Shown here: piece after piece, positions 18,140-29,087 of the stretch
Numbering within the stretch: position 1 is the first letter of the stretch
How the letters are laid out: every line of letters starts with the position of its first letter
Source of the DNA: Hormiphora californensis
Taxonomy: Eukaryota; Animalia; Ctenophora
Assembly (NCBI GenBank): GCA_020137815.1
Contig: CM035359.1
Coordinates: 6,138,001-6,202,000 of the forward strand
Length of the DNA: 64,000 bases
Direction of reading: 5' to 3'
The notes under the pieces: model-generated
Seen by the model: only the letters and a program-made list of their open reading frames with translations
Database searches by the model: none
Told to the model about the DNA's origin: nothing
Made by a program: the position numbers and the translations under genes

Positions 18140-20570
18140 ATCAAGTGTGTGTGTGACACAACGTCTCAATTATGAAGGGACTGAAATTGACAAAGTGATT
18201 GTTATATAATTGGGTTACTAAGAAGAGATCTGACACAACTCGGTCGAGAGTGATATTGACAATGTGCTTTTTAGTTTGGTGTTTGTGGTGTAATTGCTGC
18301 TGTTGACGATTATTTGTGCCCTATTTTAGCCCCCCCTTCGATCTTTGTACATAAGTAAATTATTTCTTACAGACGTTATTGAGAGAAAGAGTGTTATATG
18401 TAGCATATCATAGTATAGTATGATTTTACCAGTTTATTTGTTCTTATCAGCTAACGTGAAATGTCTTTCTCTCGATTGTCTGTTATAGATGGTAAATTTT
18501 ATTTGCAAATTCGGAAAAAATATCTCTTTATTACGTGTCCAGAGAGAAATAAAGAGAGAGAGTTAAATAGAGAGAGAGCAAATAGAAGTCCCTAGGCAGA
18601 GGCCGGTGTATTTTGGGAAGTGAGGTCATCTTCTCTACAACAGTTGTTAGTGGCTGATACTTTAAAAAGCTGTGCAACCAATGCGAGCATTACTTTAATG
18701 TCTCTCTGTATATGGAGATTTTACATAGGATGGATTTCATGCACTCACCGTCCTGCCGACAGCTGAACATTAAACACAATCAGCTCTGGCCTCTAGTCCT
18801 TGGCACTTCCAAATGTAAATTCAGCGGAGTACGGACCCTTCCCAAACCCGATCATATCTTACTATATTTATTCTGTGTTCGATAGTTCAGAGATCATCTG
18901 ACTGTCATAATCTAACAGTGAAATCCCTGTTCCCGGGTCTCGACTCGGAGTTCGCCGTTCAGGGACTCGGGGACTTTTTCGCGAGACACATCCCCGGCTC
19001 ATCGACCTAAAGTTATTCATTTTACTTTCTTAGCGTTTCTAGATTCCTTACTGGAATAAAGCAGATGGCTCCATGGAGAGGAGAAATATTTTCGCGGAGA
19101 AAAGTCGTGTCAGAGAAGCAAAATTTTAGCTTTTTTGAAACTTGTGGTCACAAAATTTCATCATACAAATATCACGCGCACGTCGAAATACAGACGCGCG
19201 CCGCGTTTTAAATAATGCGCGTCCTTTGTTTAAGCGCACCTTCGCGCGAATAACTCTGTTTCTGAGTCGTTGCGCGTTCCACCGCCAACGTTTTGCACCT
19301 TCCATCTCACACACGCTTGTCTCTTGTTAGTCCTGGAATCAAGATTACGCAGTTGTTTGTTGTACGATACTGCTCACCAATAACAGTGTTATCTCCTTTA
19401 TCAGTTGTTTTGAAACAAAAAAAGAAGTGTCATTATGTCTTATGACCATGAGACTTCATGAAAAATGAAAACACGGCGTTTTAAAAGTAATAAATACAAG
19501 GCAGTGTTTTTACAAATATATTGGGAACAAATAAAGGTATACAAGAGATGTCAAAAAAGAAATAAACTCTCTGAGTCTCTTATTTATTTGAAGAAAATAT
19601 ACTTTATTATGAGGAAATGAAGGGGCAGCGGTGATATTGTAAGTGGGTGTGTGTGTGTTAGTTTGGTGAAATTTAGTGTGGACCATTACATTTTAGATAC
19701 ACACGGATATTGAAAGCAGTCCCATCTCCCCAAACAGTTCTCTCTTCGCCTTGTTACAAGTCACACATAGTTCCCTTGTTCAACTCTCTCTTTCTCCCTC
19801 CTCACTCTCTCACTTCTCTCTCTCTTTCTTCTTAGAAGTAACAAGAGGAAATGTACACGAACACGATATAAGCTTCGTTAATTGGAGTCAATAACGGAGA
19901 AAGCGCGGGAGGGAGAGATTGAGACCGAGAGTGAGAGAGAGATAGAGAGTAGAAGAGAGATGGAGAGAGGAAGGGATGAAGTTAGTTAATTCCTTGAGAG
20001 AAGAAGAAGAAAATCGGATTGAGAGCTGTTGTACAGGATGATCTAAGTGTGGTGATCTAGTGATCTCAGAGAGAGAGAGAGAAAGAAAGAGATATATCAA
20101 TTATCAAGTTCCGTTATCTAAAAAGCATGATACAACTGTTATAGCTAAAGTATGATTTTACCACCAACAGTAGCAGTAGAACAGTGTAAAACATATTGTT
20201 CCTTTGTTTTTCTAAATATCCATAAAACGAACAATTAGCATGAATCGCATAAATTCAATTCTTGCTAACACATAATGTTAGATATGTTCTATGGATTCCC
20301 CCTTCTCCCTCTCTTCCTCTCTCTCTCTTCCTCTCTCTCCCACGCTACAGACAATATGTGAGTTTCCCGCGTTTTCTGTCTGTAATTATTTTCCAACGTC
20401 ACATACTATATGCACTAGCAGAATAAGGGTGGGGCATTCTGCTGCTAAAGAGATAAAAACAAGAACTTTCCACTCCATATAGTACGTCACTCAAATTGTA
20501 ATTGTCTTTTTCTCTTGACTCATTCTAACGTCAAAAACAGCGGAAAGTCCACTAAATCAGTGATTCTTCT

Positions 20571-21967
20571 TCACACAGCTGCTCCACACAACAGCAGGAG
20601 AATCATTGTAGTAAGAAGGGATATCCGCAGTCCCATAACTCCGCCGCTGGCTAGTGGAGCCCGTTCTATGTCTATCCGAAGGTAGGGGTAGGTAGTTGGT
20701 ATGTCAGCTGTACTAACTGCTGTTATCCAAATGTAGTGGGACGCGTCCGTGGCCAAGTCTGGGGGAGGGGCACATGTTAGTAGTGATTTAATTTGATTCA
20801 ATGAAAGATAAACATGAGAAAGAGATAAGCACGAACATTTGCGTCTTTTAAATATTGATTTGAGGGGGTGATGGGACAACATGCCCACAGCTGCAACATG
20901 CCCACAACATGCCCACAGCTGCATTAGAAGTCGAACTGGTCGTACCATACAAACACATGCATGGATCACTACAATAAAATACACTTACCACTGATAACTC
21001 ACAACATCTTGTAAGTATGACAATTACTTACCACTAATAACTGCCTCAGTGGAGTTGGTACACAGGAGGAGGGAGGCCCAGGGTTTAACTTCTAACCCGC
21101 ACGCCATCCAGTCACCGTTCTGGGTGGAGCCCAGGGGTCTCTCCTGGGGACGGGGGGGGGGGTTGTTTAGTAGAGGTGGGGGATAGAGGGTTGTTTATTA
21201 CAGCCAGGGGTCTTTCCTGGGGACGGGGGGGGGGGGGGGGGGTTGTTTAGTAGAGGTGGGGGATAGAGGGTTGTTTATTACAGCCAGGGGTCTTTCCTGG
21301 GGACGGGGGGGGGTTGTTTAGTAGAGGTGGGGGATAGAGGGTTGTTTATTACAGCCAGGGGTCTTTCCTGGGGACGGGGGGGGGTTGTTTAGTAGAGGTG
21401 GGGGATAGAGGGTTGGATGAGGGGGGGGGGGATAGAGGGTTGGATGAGGGGGGAGTTAGAGGGTTGGATGGGGGGGGGGGTTGTTTAGTAGAGGTGGGGG
21501 ATAGAGGGTTGGATGAGGGGGGAGTTAGAGGGTTGGATGAGGGGGGAGTTAGAGGGTTGTTTAGTACAGCCAGGGGTATTTCCTAGGGTGGGGGAAATAG
21601 AGTATTCAACGTGGTGAACTCTTTTCTGGAGGATAGTGGAAATACATGATAATCAACAGGAACCGACCGAAACAAGTAAACAACCAATCAGAACTCGTTA
21701 TTTAGGTCACGTGACTGGTTATCAGCCAATCAGGGACCAGTATTTCCTGATTCGGTCGGTTCTGATTATTAATCAGGTATGAGAAGAAGGTCCATTTTTT
21801 GGTAATATTAATAAGGCTAGGGGGGGGGGGGGTGTTAGTGAGAATCAGACCGGAGACGGGAGATGGAGGGTGATACTTTAATGGAAGATGTTTACCGCAG
21901 AGAGAATGATATCACACAAGCTGGTAACGGTTTTTTGTGGTTTGGGGGATGGAGAAATCAGCTTAGA

Positions 21968-22057
<90 letters not shown>

Positions 22058-22157
22058 AAGAGAGGAGAAGAGGAGCGATGAGAGAAGAGATATACGAGAG
22101 AGGAGGAGAAGCGAGAACGATGAGAGAGATAGGATCCAGAGAGAGAGGAGAGTAGAG

Positions 22158-22206
<49 letters not shown>

Positions 22207-22395
22207 ATATATAGATGGCTAATACCACACCAAAGAAAAAGCTATTCAGTCACATTAAATCCCTCACGATTTCTCCCGCCCCTGCTTTGCATGCGAGTAG
22301 AAAACAGATGTCCCCATCTCTTGTGTTTGTGTGTGGCATGCAGAGACGTCATGATCCGGCCAGCTCCTGTGTATGTTTGTTTGACCACCTGTCTG

Positions 22396-22426
<31 letters not shown>

Positions 22427-25400
22427 ACTGTACTGTACTGTCTGTTGCGCTATCTGTTTATCTGCTTGTTTTGTCTGTCTTTCTCTTTACCCTTGAGTAT
22501 ACATAATGATTGTCGTTAGGTGCAATTAGCGAGTGTTATTCAAACAATATCCCAGACAGACCTGATAGTACAAACATAGTACACAATACACATGATACTG
22601 CAGGAACCGACCGAAACAAGTAAACAGCCAATCAGAACTCGTTATTTAGGTCACGTGACTGGTTATCAGCCAATCAGGGACCAGTATTTCCTGATTCGGT
22701 CGGTTCCTGTGATACTGTAACTCAGTGCTAATACAACCAAAATAAAGGGATAATGTGGGTTGGTATTGCTCAGACTCTCCCACTCAGTCTACACGGTCAA
22801 AATATAACCTCATAATAACCTCTCACACCTCACCACATACCTCATAATAACCTCTCAAACACCTCATAATAACCTCTCAAACCTCACCACATACCTCAAA
22901 ATAACCTCTATCACACCTCACTAGGTACATACCTCAAAATAACCTCTATCACACCTCACCACATACCTCATAATAACCTCTCAAACCTTACCACATACCT
23001 CTTAATAACCTCTCTCACACCTCCCAACATACCTCATAATAACCTCTCAAACCTCACCACATACCTCATAATACAGGCAGTAGTGTTGGAGAAGGTGAAT
23101 ACTACTGTAATCAGGTGCCTGCCAGTACACTGTCGCACTCTGGTTCTTCATCTTAACCGAAACCTGTAAAAACATTGAAATTCACCATCTTCCAACTCTT
23201 GGGAGTTTAGTTACAGTTGGACCCCGATTTACCGGGATGTAACTCGCGCTCCGAAAATTATAAAAAGATTTAGCAGATCATTGTACCAAATAGGATCTAC
23301 TTACCTCAGAGTTGTAGAGAATGACGTGTCTATCCCTGTTGTATTTGCTGTTATTAAACATATACAGCTGGTATGAGTTGGTAATATCCAGTGGTGATCT
23401 CCTTCCCAATAGGTTCACCTGAGAAGAGATGTGTGAGGTGAGGTGAGGTGAGGTGTGTGAGGTGAGGTGAGGTGAGGTGAGGTGAGGTGAGGTGAGGTGA
23501 GGTGAGGTGAGGTGAGGTGAGGTGAGGTGAGGTGAGGTGAGGTGAGGTGAGGTGAGGTGAGATGTGTGAGGTGAGATGTGTGAGGTGAGGTGTGTGAGGT
23601 GAGATGAGGTGTGTGAGGTGAGATGTGAGAAGAGATGTGTGAGGGGAGGTGTGTGAGGTGAGGTGTGTGAGGTGAGGTATGTGTGAGGTGAGGTGTGTGA
23701 GGTGAGGTGAGGTGTGTAGGAGTTAGTTTTGATCCATCACAGAGCGCTGTGTGAGCTACACAAGCTGTCTGTTAAATGTTCTAACTCTCTTGCCGTCGCA
23801 AAGAAGGCAAAGTCTGTCAAAACTGTATAAATTATACACTAGTTCCGTTCCAAGTTTGATTTTGTGTATACTCACAGTGTAATTCTCCTTTTCAAGTTCC
23901 AACATGAGCATGTGAGGAGGAGCACCCTTTAGAATGGTCACTTCCACTGGGGAGTTACCTAGAAATAGTGGTTACCATTGGTTAAAACTGAGTGGTTACC
24001 ATGGTTACTACTGAGTGGTTACCATGGTTACTCCTGAGTGGTTACCATGGCAACTGATAGTGTTACACAGACAGCACCATACAGCAGTACATGACATCAC
24101 GGGTCAACACACTAATGACATGGTTACATTGTTAGTAACCATGGGTTACCATTGGTTACCATTGGTTACTACTGTTTCCAGGATCAAGCAGGGTTAAATG
24201 CATTACAAATATTTTATGCAGTACACTGTTCCAACATTTCCAACACATTTACATGACAAAAGGAAGCATACATCAATTTCAATGCTGAATAAAGGTGCTG
24301 AAATACACATAGAACACACACAGACATATATATGGAAGATATGTACCTTGGGCAGAATCAGCTAACGCAGAACCTAGGGAGAGGGTAAAGGTGTGTATGA
24401 GTGAGAGAGGAGAGATGTGTGTGAGTGAGAGAGGAGAGATGTGTGTGAGAGAGAGAGGAGAGATGTGTGTGAGAGAGAGGGGAGATGTGTGTGAGTGAGA
24501 GGGGGGAGATATGCGTTTGAGTGAGAGAGGGGAGATGTGTGTGAGAGAGAGGAGAGATGTGTGTGAGTGAGAGAGGAGAGATGTGTGTGAGAGAGAGGGG
24601 AGATGTGTGTGAGTGAGAGGGGGGAGATATGCGTTTGAGTGAGAGAGGGGAGATGTGTGAGAGAGAGGGGAGATGTGTGTGAGTGAGAGAGGGGAGATGT
24701 GCGTGTGAGTGAGAGGGGAGATGTGCGTGTGAGTACTGAGTGAGTGGGACGGTATGGTAAAGGTGTGTATGAGTGAGAGGGAAGGTATGGGAGACGGTGT
24801 GCGAGTGGAGGGTAGATACGGAAGCGGCAAAAATAACGGAAGGGAATGTAAGTGAGGACTGAGGAACGATGTGGTTTGGGAGTCGAGAAGAGAAACAGCA
24901 TTTTCAGCTATATTGTGTTGCATGAGGAGAGATAGAGTCTGTGTGTAAAAGGTAGTAAAGGTGTTTGCAAAAGGTGTGTGTAGATTGAATTGTAGAATTG
25001 GAAAGTAATACTACTGAAAGAGGTGGGGAAATAATGCAGTAGAGGGGGGGATGGGGGTTCAAAGCCCAAAGTGTAATCAGAAATCACAGATCTATCTCCT
25101 GGTTTTAACGCTCATCTTTGCTCCGAAAGACACATCAAAATACATTTCAAGGACTCCCTACACATATTACCACTGCAGTATGTCTACATGTCACATGAGC
25201 AGTGTGTACAGAGAGGTGCTGAAAAGCTGATTGTGTATGACTGCTGACAGGGAAAAGAGATAGGGAGGAGGATAGATAAGGCTGTTTGGTAGATCGAGTA
25301 ATAAATCAGATGATTTTACTATGATCTTCATATCATTAGTGATAAATGAAACGTTATCAACAACTCTGCAGAGTATTCATATTGTTTTTCTGAAATCTGT

Positions 25401-26676
25401 ACATGAAAATGATCTGATATTCATGATAATTTAGTGTACAGATTGAACATTGTTTACTTACTGACTTCATTGCAATCAACAGGTGTACCCGCCACACTGT
25501 AATCAGCCGCACACCCATTGCAATAGTTACTGGTGCACTCTGCAGTAGGGTAGGCGGCACACAGTGTCACGTTGCAGGGGTCTGCGAAACAGGAGTAGGT
25601 GTTCTCACAGTCACCCGAGGATTTGGAGACGAAATCTGGAGGGGAATTTGTGTGAGAGGGATAGAGAGTGGGAGAGGGAGAGGATAGAGAGGGGAGAGAG
25701 AGGGAGAAAAAGAGCAAAAGAAGTATAACACTGCAGTTGATTGATGTTTTACAATCGTTCTTTGCAGTTGACAATATTCTAGAGCACTGACTGAGTACAG
25801 ACTTTGGTTCAGTATAATTTCCTAATGACCACTCATACAACGCAGACTTGTGTGTGTGTGAGGAAGAGAGAGAGATAGTAAGAGAGATAGAGAGATAGAG
25901 AGAGAGAGGGAGGGAGGGAGAGAGAAATGAAAAGCATGTGAGACGATCTAATCATGTACTTTAATCACTGCTAACAAGCATTCGGTTTCAACCTAACTAC
26001 CATTATACAATTCCACCTCTTCTTACCACCCCTCTCCCCCCCCTGTTCCAGACCAGTATAAAATGGAATAAAAGCAATCCTCACCTTTGTACGATTCAAT
26101 AATCTTATTCTCGGTCTCGGAGACCATGGTGAAATCAGCAGACCCCGCACATTGGAAGTAAAATAACTTGTGTAGACCCCCCTCTGTAGAGTGCTTGATC
26201 TGAGGAGAAGGTAAATATATCACTATGGGAGTTGGGATATATGTATAGATCTGATATATAAAGTAAGGATAACATCAGCGGGGGGGGGGGGGGGGGGGGG
26301 GGTAATCATGGTGACAAATGGAGACGAATGGTGACAAATGGTGACAAATGGTGATGGTGACATACCCTAAATGGTCAGATGAGTCACTATTTATCACCAT
26401 TTGTCACCATTTGTCACCATGATTACCCCCCCACATCAGCTAAGGAGTACCACGTGGGTGTACGATGTCCGGTAACCGGTTGTTGAGTACTTTCAACAAA
26501 TTCCCGGAGCTGGATGGTGTATCTGTTTGGTAAAATATTCTCAAATCAAGAACGAAAACATCACCATCACTTACAATTTGTGTTTCGTAGGGTTTTATTT
26601 TGCTGTTGAAAGCAGATCCAAGCTGAAGTCTATCAGCTGTCGCATCTGATATCGTCAACAGTAACAAAGGTAACAT
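20571..26676 (-). CDS. Secreted, probably GPI-anchored NDNF-like fibronectin type III protein with inserted 8-Cys module, ~337 aa, 9 exons
   Basis: Exons (minus) 26676-26575, 26199-26085, 25635-25462, 24373-24347, 23958-23876, 23418-23305, 23163-23065, 21143-21032, 20758-20571. All GT-AG, frame continuous, 1014 nt. Signal peptide MLPLLLLTISDATA. FN3 segment SATVYWQAP..QHYCLYYE..MACGLE..LCTNSTEAVISDLATDASHYIWITAV. C-terminus ASGGVMGLRISLLTTMILLLLCGAAV-stop (small-residue omega site plus hydrophobic tail, no cytoplasmic tail). The gene model is well supported; the NDNF assignment is by motif resemblance only. Confidence 0.8.
21144..21590 (-). repeat. Minisatellite containing copies of the splice acceptor and exon start
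   Basis: ~71-80 bp units with CCCGTCCCCAG|GA(A/G)AGACCCCTGG on minus. Acceptor copies at 21217, 21297, 21368 and 21583; functional one at 21144. Confidence 0.85.
21657..21764. mobile_element. hAT-type MITE (~109 bp), copy 1
   Basis: Termini CAGGAACCGACCGAA ... TTCGGTCGGTTCTG. Near-identical to the copies at 22601 and 35908. Flanks ATAATCAA/ATTATTAA are a degraded 8-bp TSD. Confidence 0.8.
21972..22205 (+). repeat. (GA)n microsatellite
   Basis: Long GA run with degenerate middle. Confidence 0.9.
22601..22709. mobile_element. hAT-type MITE (109 bp), copy 2
   Basis: 15-bp terminal inverted repeats (TIRs) CAGGAACCGACCGAA/TTCGGTCGGTTCCTG with a perfect 8-bp TSD, TGATACTG. Confidence 0.88.
22805..23073 (-). 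repeat. Minisatellite containing ~8 copies of the exon end and splice donor
   Basis: ~32-34 bp unit TATTATGAG|GTATGTGGTGAGGTTTGAGAGGT on minus. The first copy is the functional donor after 23065. Confidence 0.85.
23420..23717. repeat. (GTGAG)n pentanucleotide satellite abutting an acceptor
   Basis: Pure GTGAG run with GTGTGAG/GAGAT variants. It reads (CTCAC)n on the transcribed strand, directly upstream of the acceptor at 23419. Confidence 0.9.
24380..24780. repeat. ~22-24 bp minisatellite GTGAGTGAGAGAGGAGAGATGTGT
   Basis: About 15 imperfect tandem units directly upstream (minus sense) of the 27-nt exon 24373-24347. Confidence 0.85.
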
Positions 26677-26943
26677 GGTCCTATTAATCAAGATCAAGTG
26701 GTTAGGAATTAATCCTGTAGTACAATACTCTATATTGTGTAAAGCCAAAGTGGCCTTTTTAGCTATATTTTTGATTTTAGCCGACCCACTGTGCGACCCA
26801 AATGATGGAAGGAACGCAGTACGCACTAAATACTCAATTAAGAATTGATGAAGCAGTGTGTGTGTAAAGTAAGCACAATAGCAATGTTTATAACTTCTTA
26901 GTTCTTAGTTCTTGGTATGTTGGTATTGTCTTTGTACAGATCC

Positions 26944-27066
26944 TAAAGTGCGTTTCAAACGACTTGACCTGAGATTCCTGGAAATTCAGGATTTCCCCTT
27001 TGTAAATACACGCACAATGCGCCAAATTCCAAGAATTACGGGTCAAGTCGCTTGAAACGGACTTTA
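26944..27066. mobile_element. Degenerate short inverted-repeat element
   Basis: TAAAGTGCGTTTCAAACGACTTGACC ... GGTCAAGTCGCTTGAAACGGACTTTA imperfect TIRs. Confidence 0.55.
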
Positions 27067-27350
27067 CACTGGTGTCAGTTCAACTTGAAATGGAAAAAAA
27101 ACAAACTATCATCTGTTTTTTTGACCATCTAGTCTGTTAGTTCTAGTTCAAGTTGTTACCATCAGCCATAGGGGCCTAATTTTCTCTTTTAGACGTAGAC
27201 AACGCAAAAACGGCCATAAATGGAGAGAAAAAAAGAAGAAAAAATGAAAAAAACAGAAAGAATTTAAAAAAATGGTTGAAAAAAATGGACTTTAAAGGTG
27301 CACCGCGCGCACGGCAGAGCATAAAGACGGTTTTTCCGCGCGTCACAATA

Positions 27351-28610
27351 AGGAACCATAATAAAGTTCAAGAGCGCACCCCATCCAAGAGCGTACCACC
27401 TCCAAAAGACACCACTCCAAGAGCGGGTAAGTCGGAAGAACCTGTCCGTTCCTCTCATGAGCGCTCATGAGTGTATCATGAGTGTGTCATGAGTGTATCA
27501 TGAGTGTATCATGAGCGCTCATGAGACGTTTTTAGGTGTTTCAACGTCTCATGAGCGTTCATGAGTGTATCATGAGTGTGTCATGAGTGTATCATGAGCG
27601 CTCATGAGTGCTCATGAGACCTTGCTCATGAGCGCTCATGAGACATATGTCTCATCCCATCTCTGTTTCAATGTCTCATGAGCGCTCATGAGACGTTTTG
27701 ACCTACATGTGCTCATGAGTGTATCATGAGACATGTCTCATGAGACATATGTCTCATGAGACGTTAGGGTTAGGGTTAGGGTTGGGTTTACGGTTGGGCT
27801 AGGGTTAGGGCTTTCCTTTAGGTCTAGGTACCCGTAGAGGGTAGGGCTAGGTCCAAGCCTATGGGTCAACCCTAACCCTATCCATACGGGTCCCTAGACC
27901 TAAAGGATAACCCTAACCCTAGCCCAACCGTAAACCCAACCCTAACCCTAACCCTAACGTCTCATGAGACATATGTCTCATGAGACATGTCTCATGATAC
28001 ACTCATGAGCACATGTAGGTCAAAACGTCTCATGAGCGCTCATGAGACATTGAAACAGAGATGGGATGAGACATATGTCTCATGAGCGCTCATGAGCAAG
28101 GTCTCATGAGCACTCATGAGCGCTCATGATACACTCATGACACACTCATGATACACTCATGAGCGCTCATGAGACGTTGAAACACCTAAAAACGTCTCAT
28201 GAGCGCTCATGATACACTCATGATACACTCATGACACACTCATGATACACTCATGAGCGCTCATGAGAGGAACGGACAGGTTCTTCCGACTTACCCAAGA
28301 GCGCACCACATCAAAGAGAGCTCCCCATCCAGAAGATACCGCGCGCAGGGGACACCACGCGCAGAAGAGACCGCACGCGCAAATACAACGCCGCGCTGGT
28401 CTCTTCTGCGCGTGGTGTCCCCTGCGCGTGGTATCTTCTGGATGGGGAGCTCTCTTTGATGTGGTGCGCTCTTGAAGTGGTGTCTTTTGGAGGTGGTGCG
28501 CTCTTGGATGTGGTCTCTTTTGGGTGTGGTGCGCTCTCAGGTGGGGTCTCTCTTCGATCGGGTGCGCTCTTGGGTGCTCTTGGAGGCTCTTGAACTTTAT
28601 TATGGTTCCT
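27351..28610. mobile_element. Palindromic non-autonomous DNA transposon (host of nested insertion)
   Basis: TA|AGGAACCATAATAAAGTTCAAGAGC ... GCTCTTGAACTTTATTATGGTTCCT|TA. Internal AAGAGCGCACC subrepeats with their own hairpin centred near 28385. Confidence 0.75.
27425..28296. mobile_element. 872-bp foldback element with TCATGA satellite arms and central TTAGGG/CCCTAA repeats
   Basis: Near-perfect palindrome GGGTAAGTCGGAAGAACCTGTCCG ... CGGACAGGTTCTTCCGACTTACCC centred at ~27860. 6-bp direct repeat AAGAGC on both flanks (27419-27424, 28297-28302). Confidence 0.88.
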
Positions 28611-29087
28611 TATGTATGAATTGGTTCACCCAAAAATTGTGTGCGCGCGGCTCGGATGTTTTTTTTGTGATGAAAGTTTCCGGAAACTTGATTTTTCTTT
28701 GATTTTGTCATTTTAGATCTCTCTTTCCCCATTTTTCACAAAAGGGGTTCAGAAAAGGGGTTCAGAAATTCTTGAAATCGTTTAAATACCACTAAAAATG
28801 TCGGATATTTTTGGGAGGCCACGCCCCATTCACCCCAGCGAGTAGCGACTTGCTCGGTCGAAGGACCAGCGCCGTCCCTGGAAGGCACCCACATTTTCCC
28901 TAGGCCAACGAATTTTTTATATTTTAAATTTTGGAGCTATACTTTTTAAACCTAAAATTTAACTGGCTTCACAACCCACGGTAAATCATTTTTTAGCTTT
29001 AGCCTTTAGGTGATCCAGTTAAAATACTTTTCTGACGTCTGAAAAGGAATTACTATGGAATTATCGGTTATGCGACACTGAAACTCC

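Noticed and set aside
27763-27960. Telomere-telomere fusion scar (TTAGGG facing CCCTAA)
   Set aside because: Only a few repeats, embedded symmetrically in an element with TIRs and a flanking duplication; better explained as part of the foldback.
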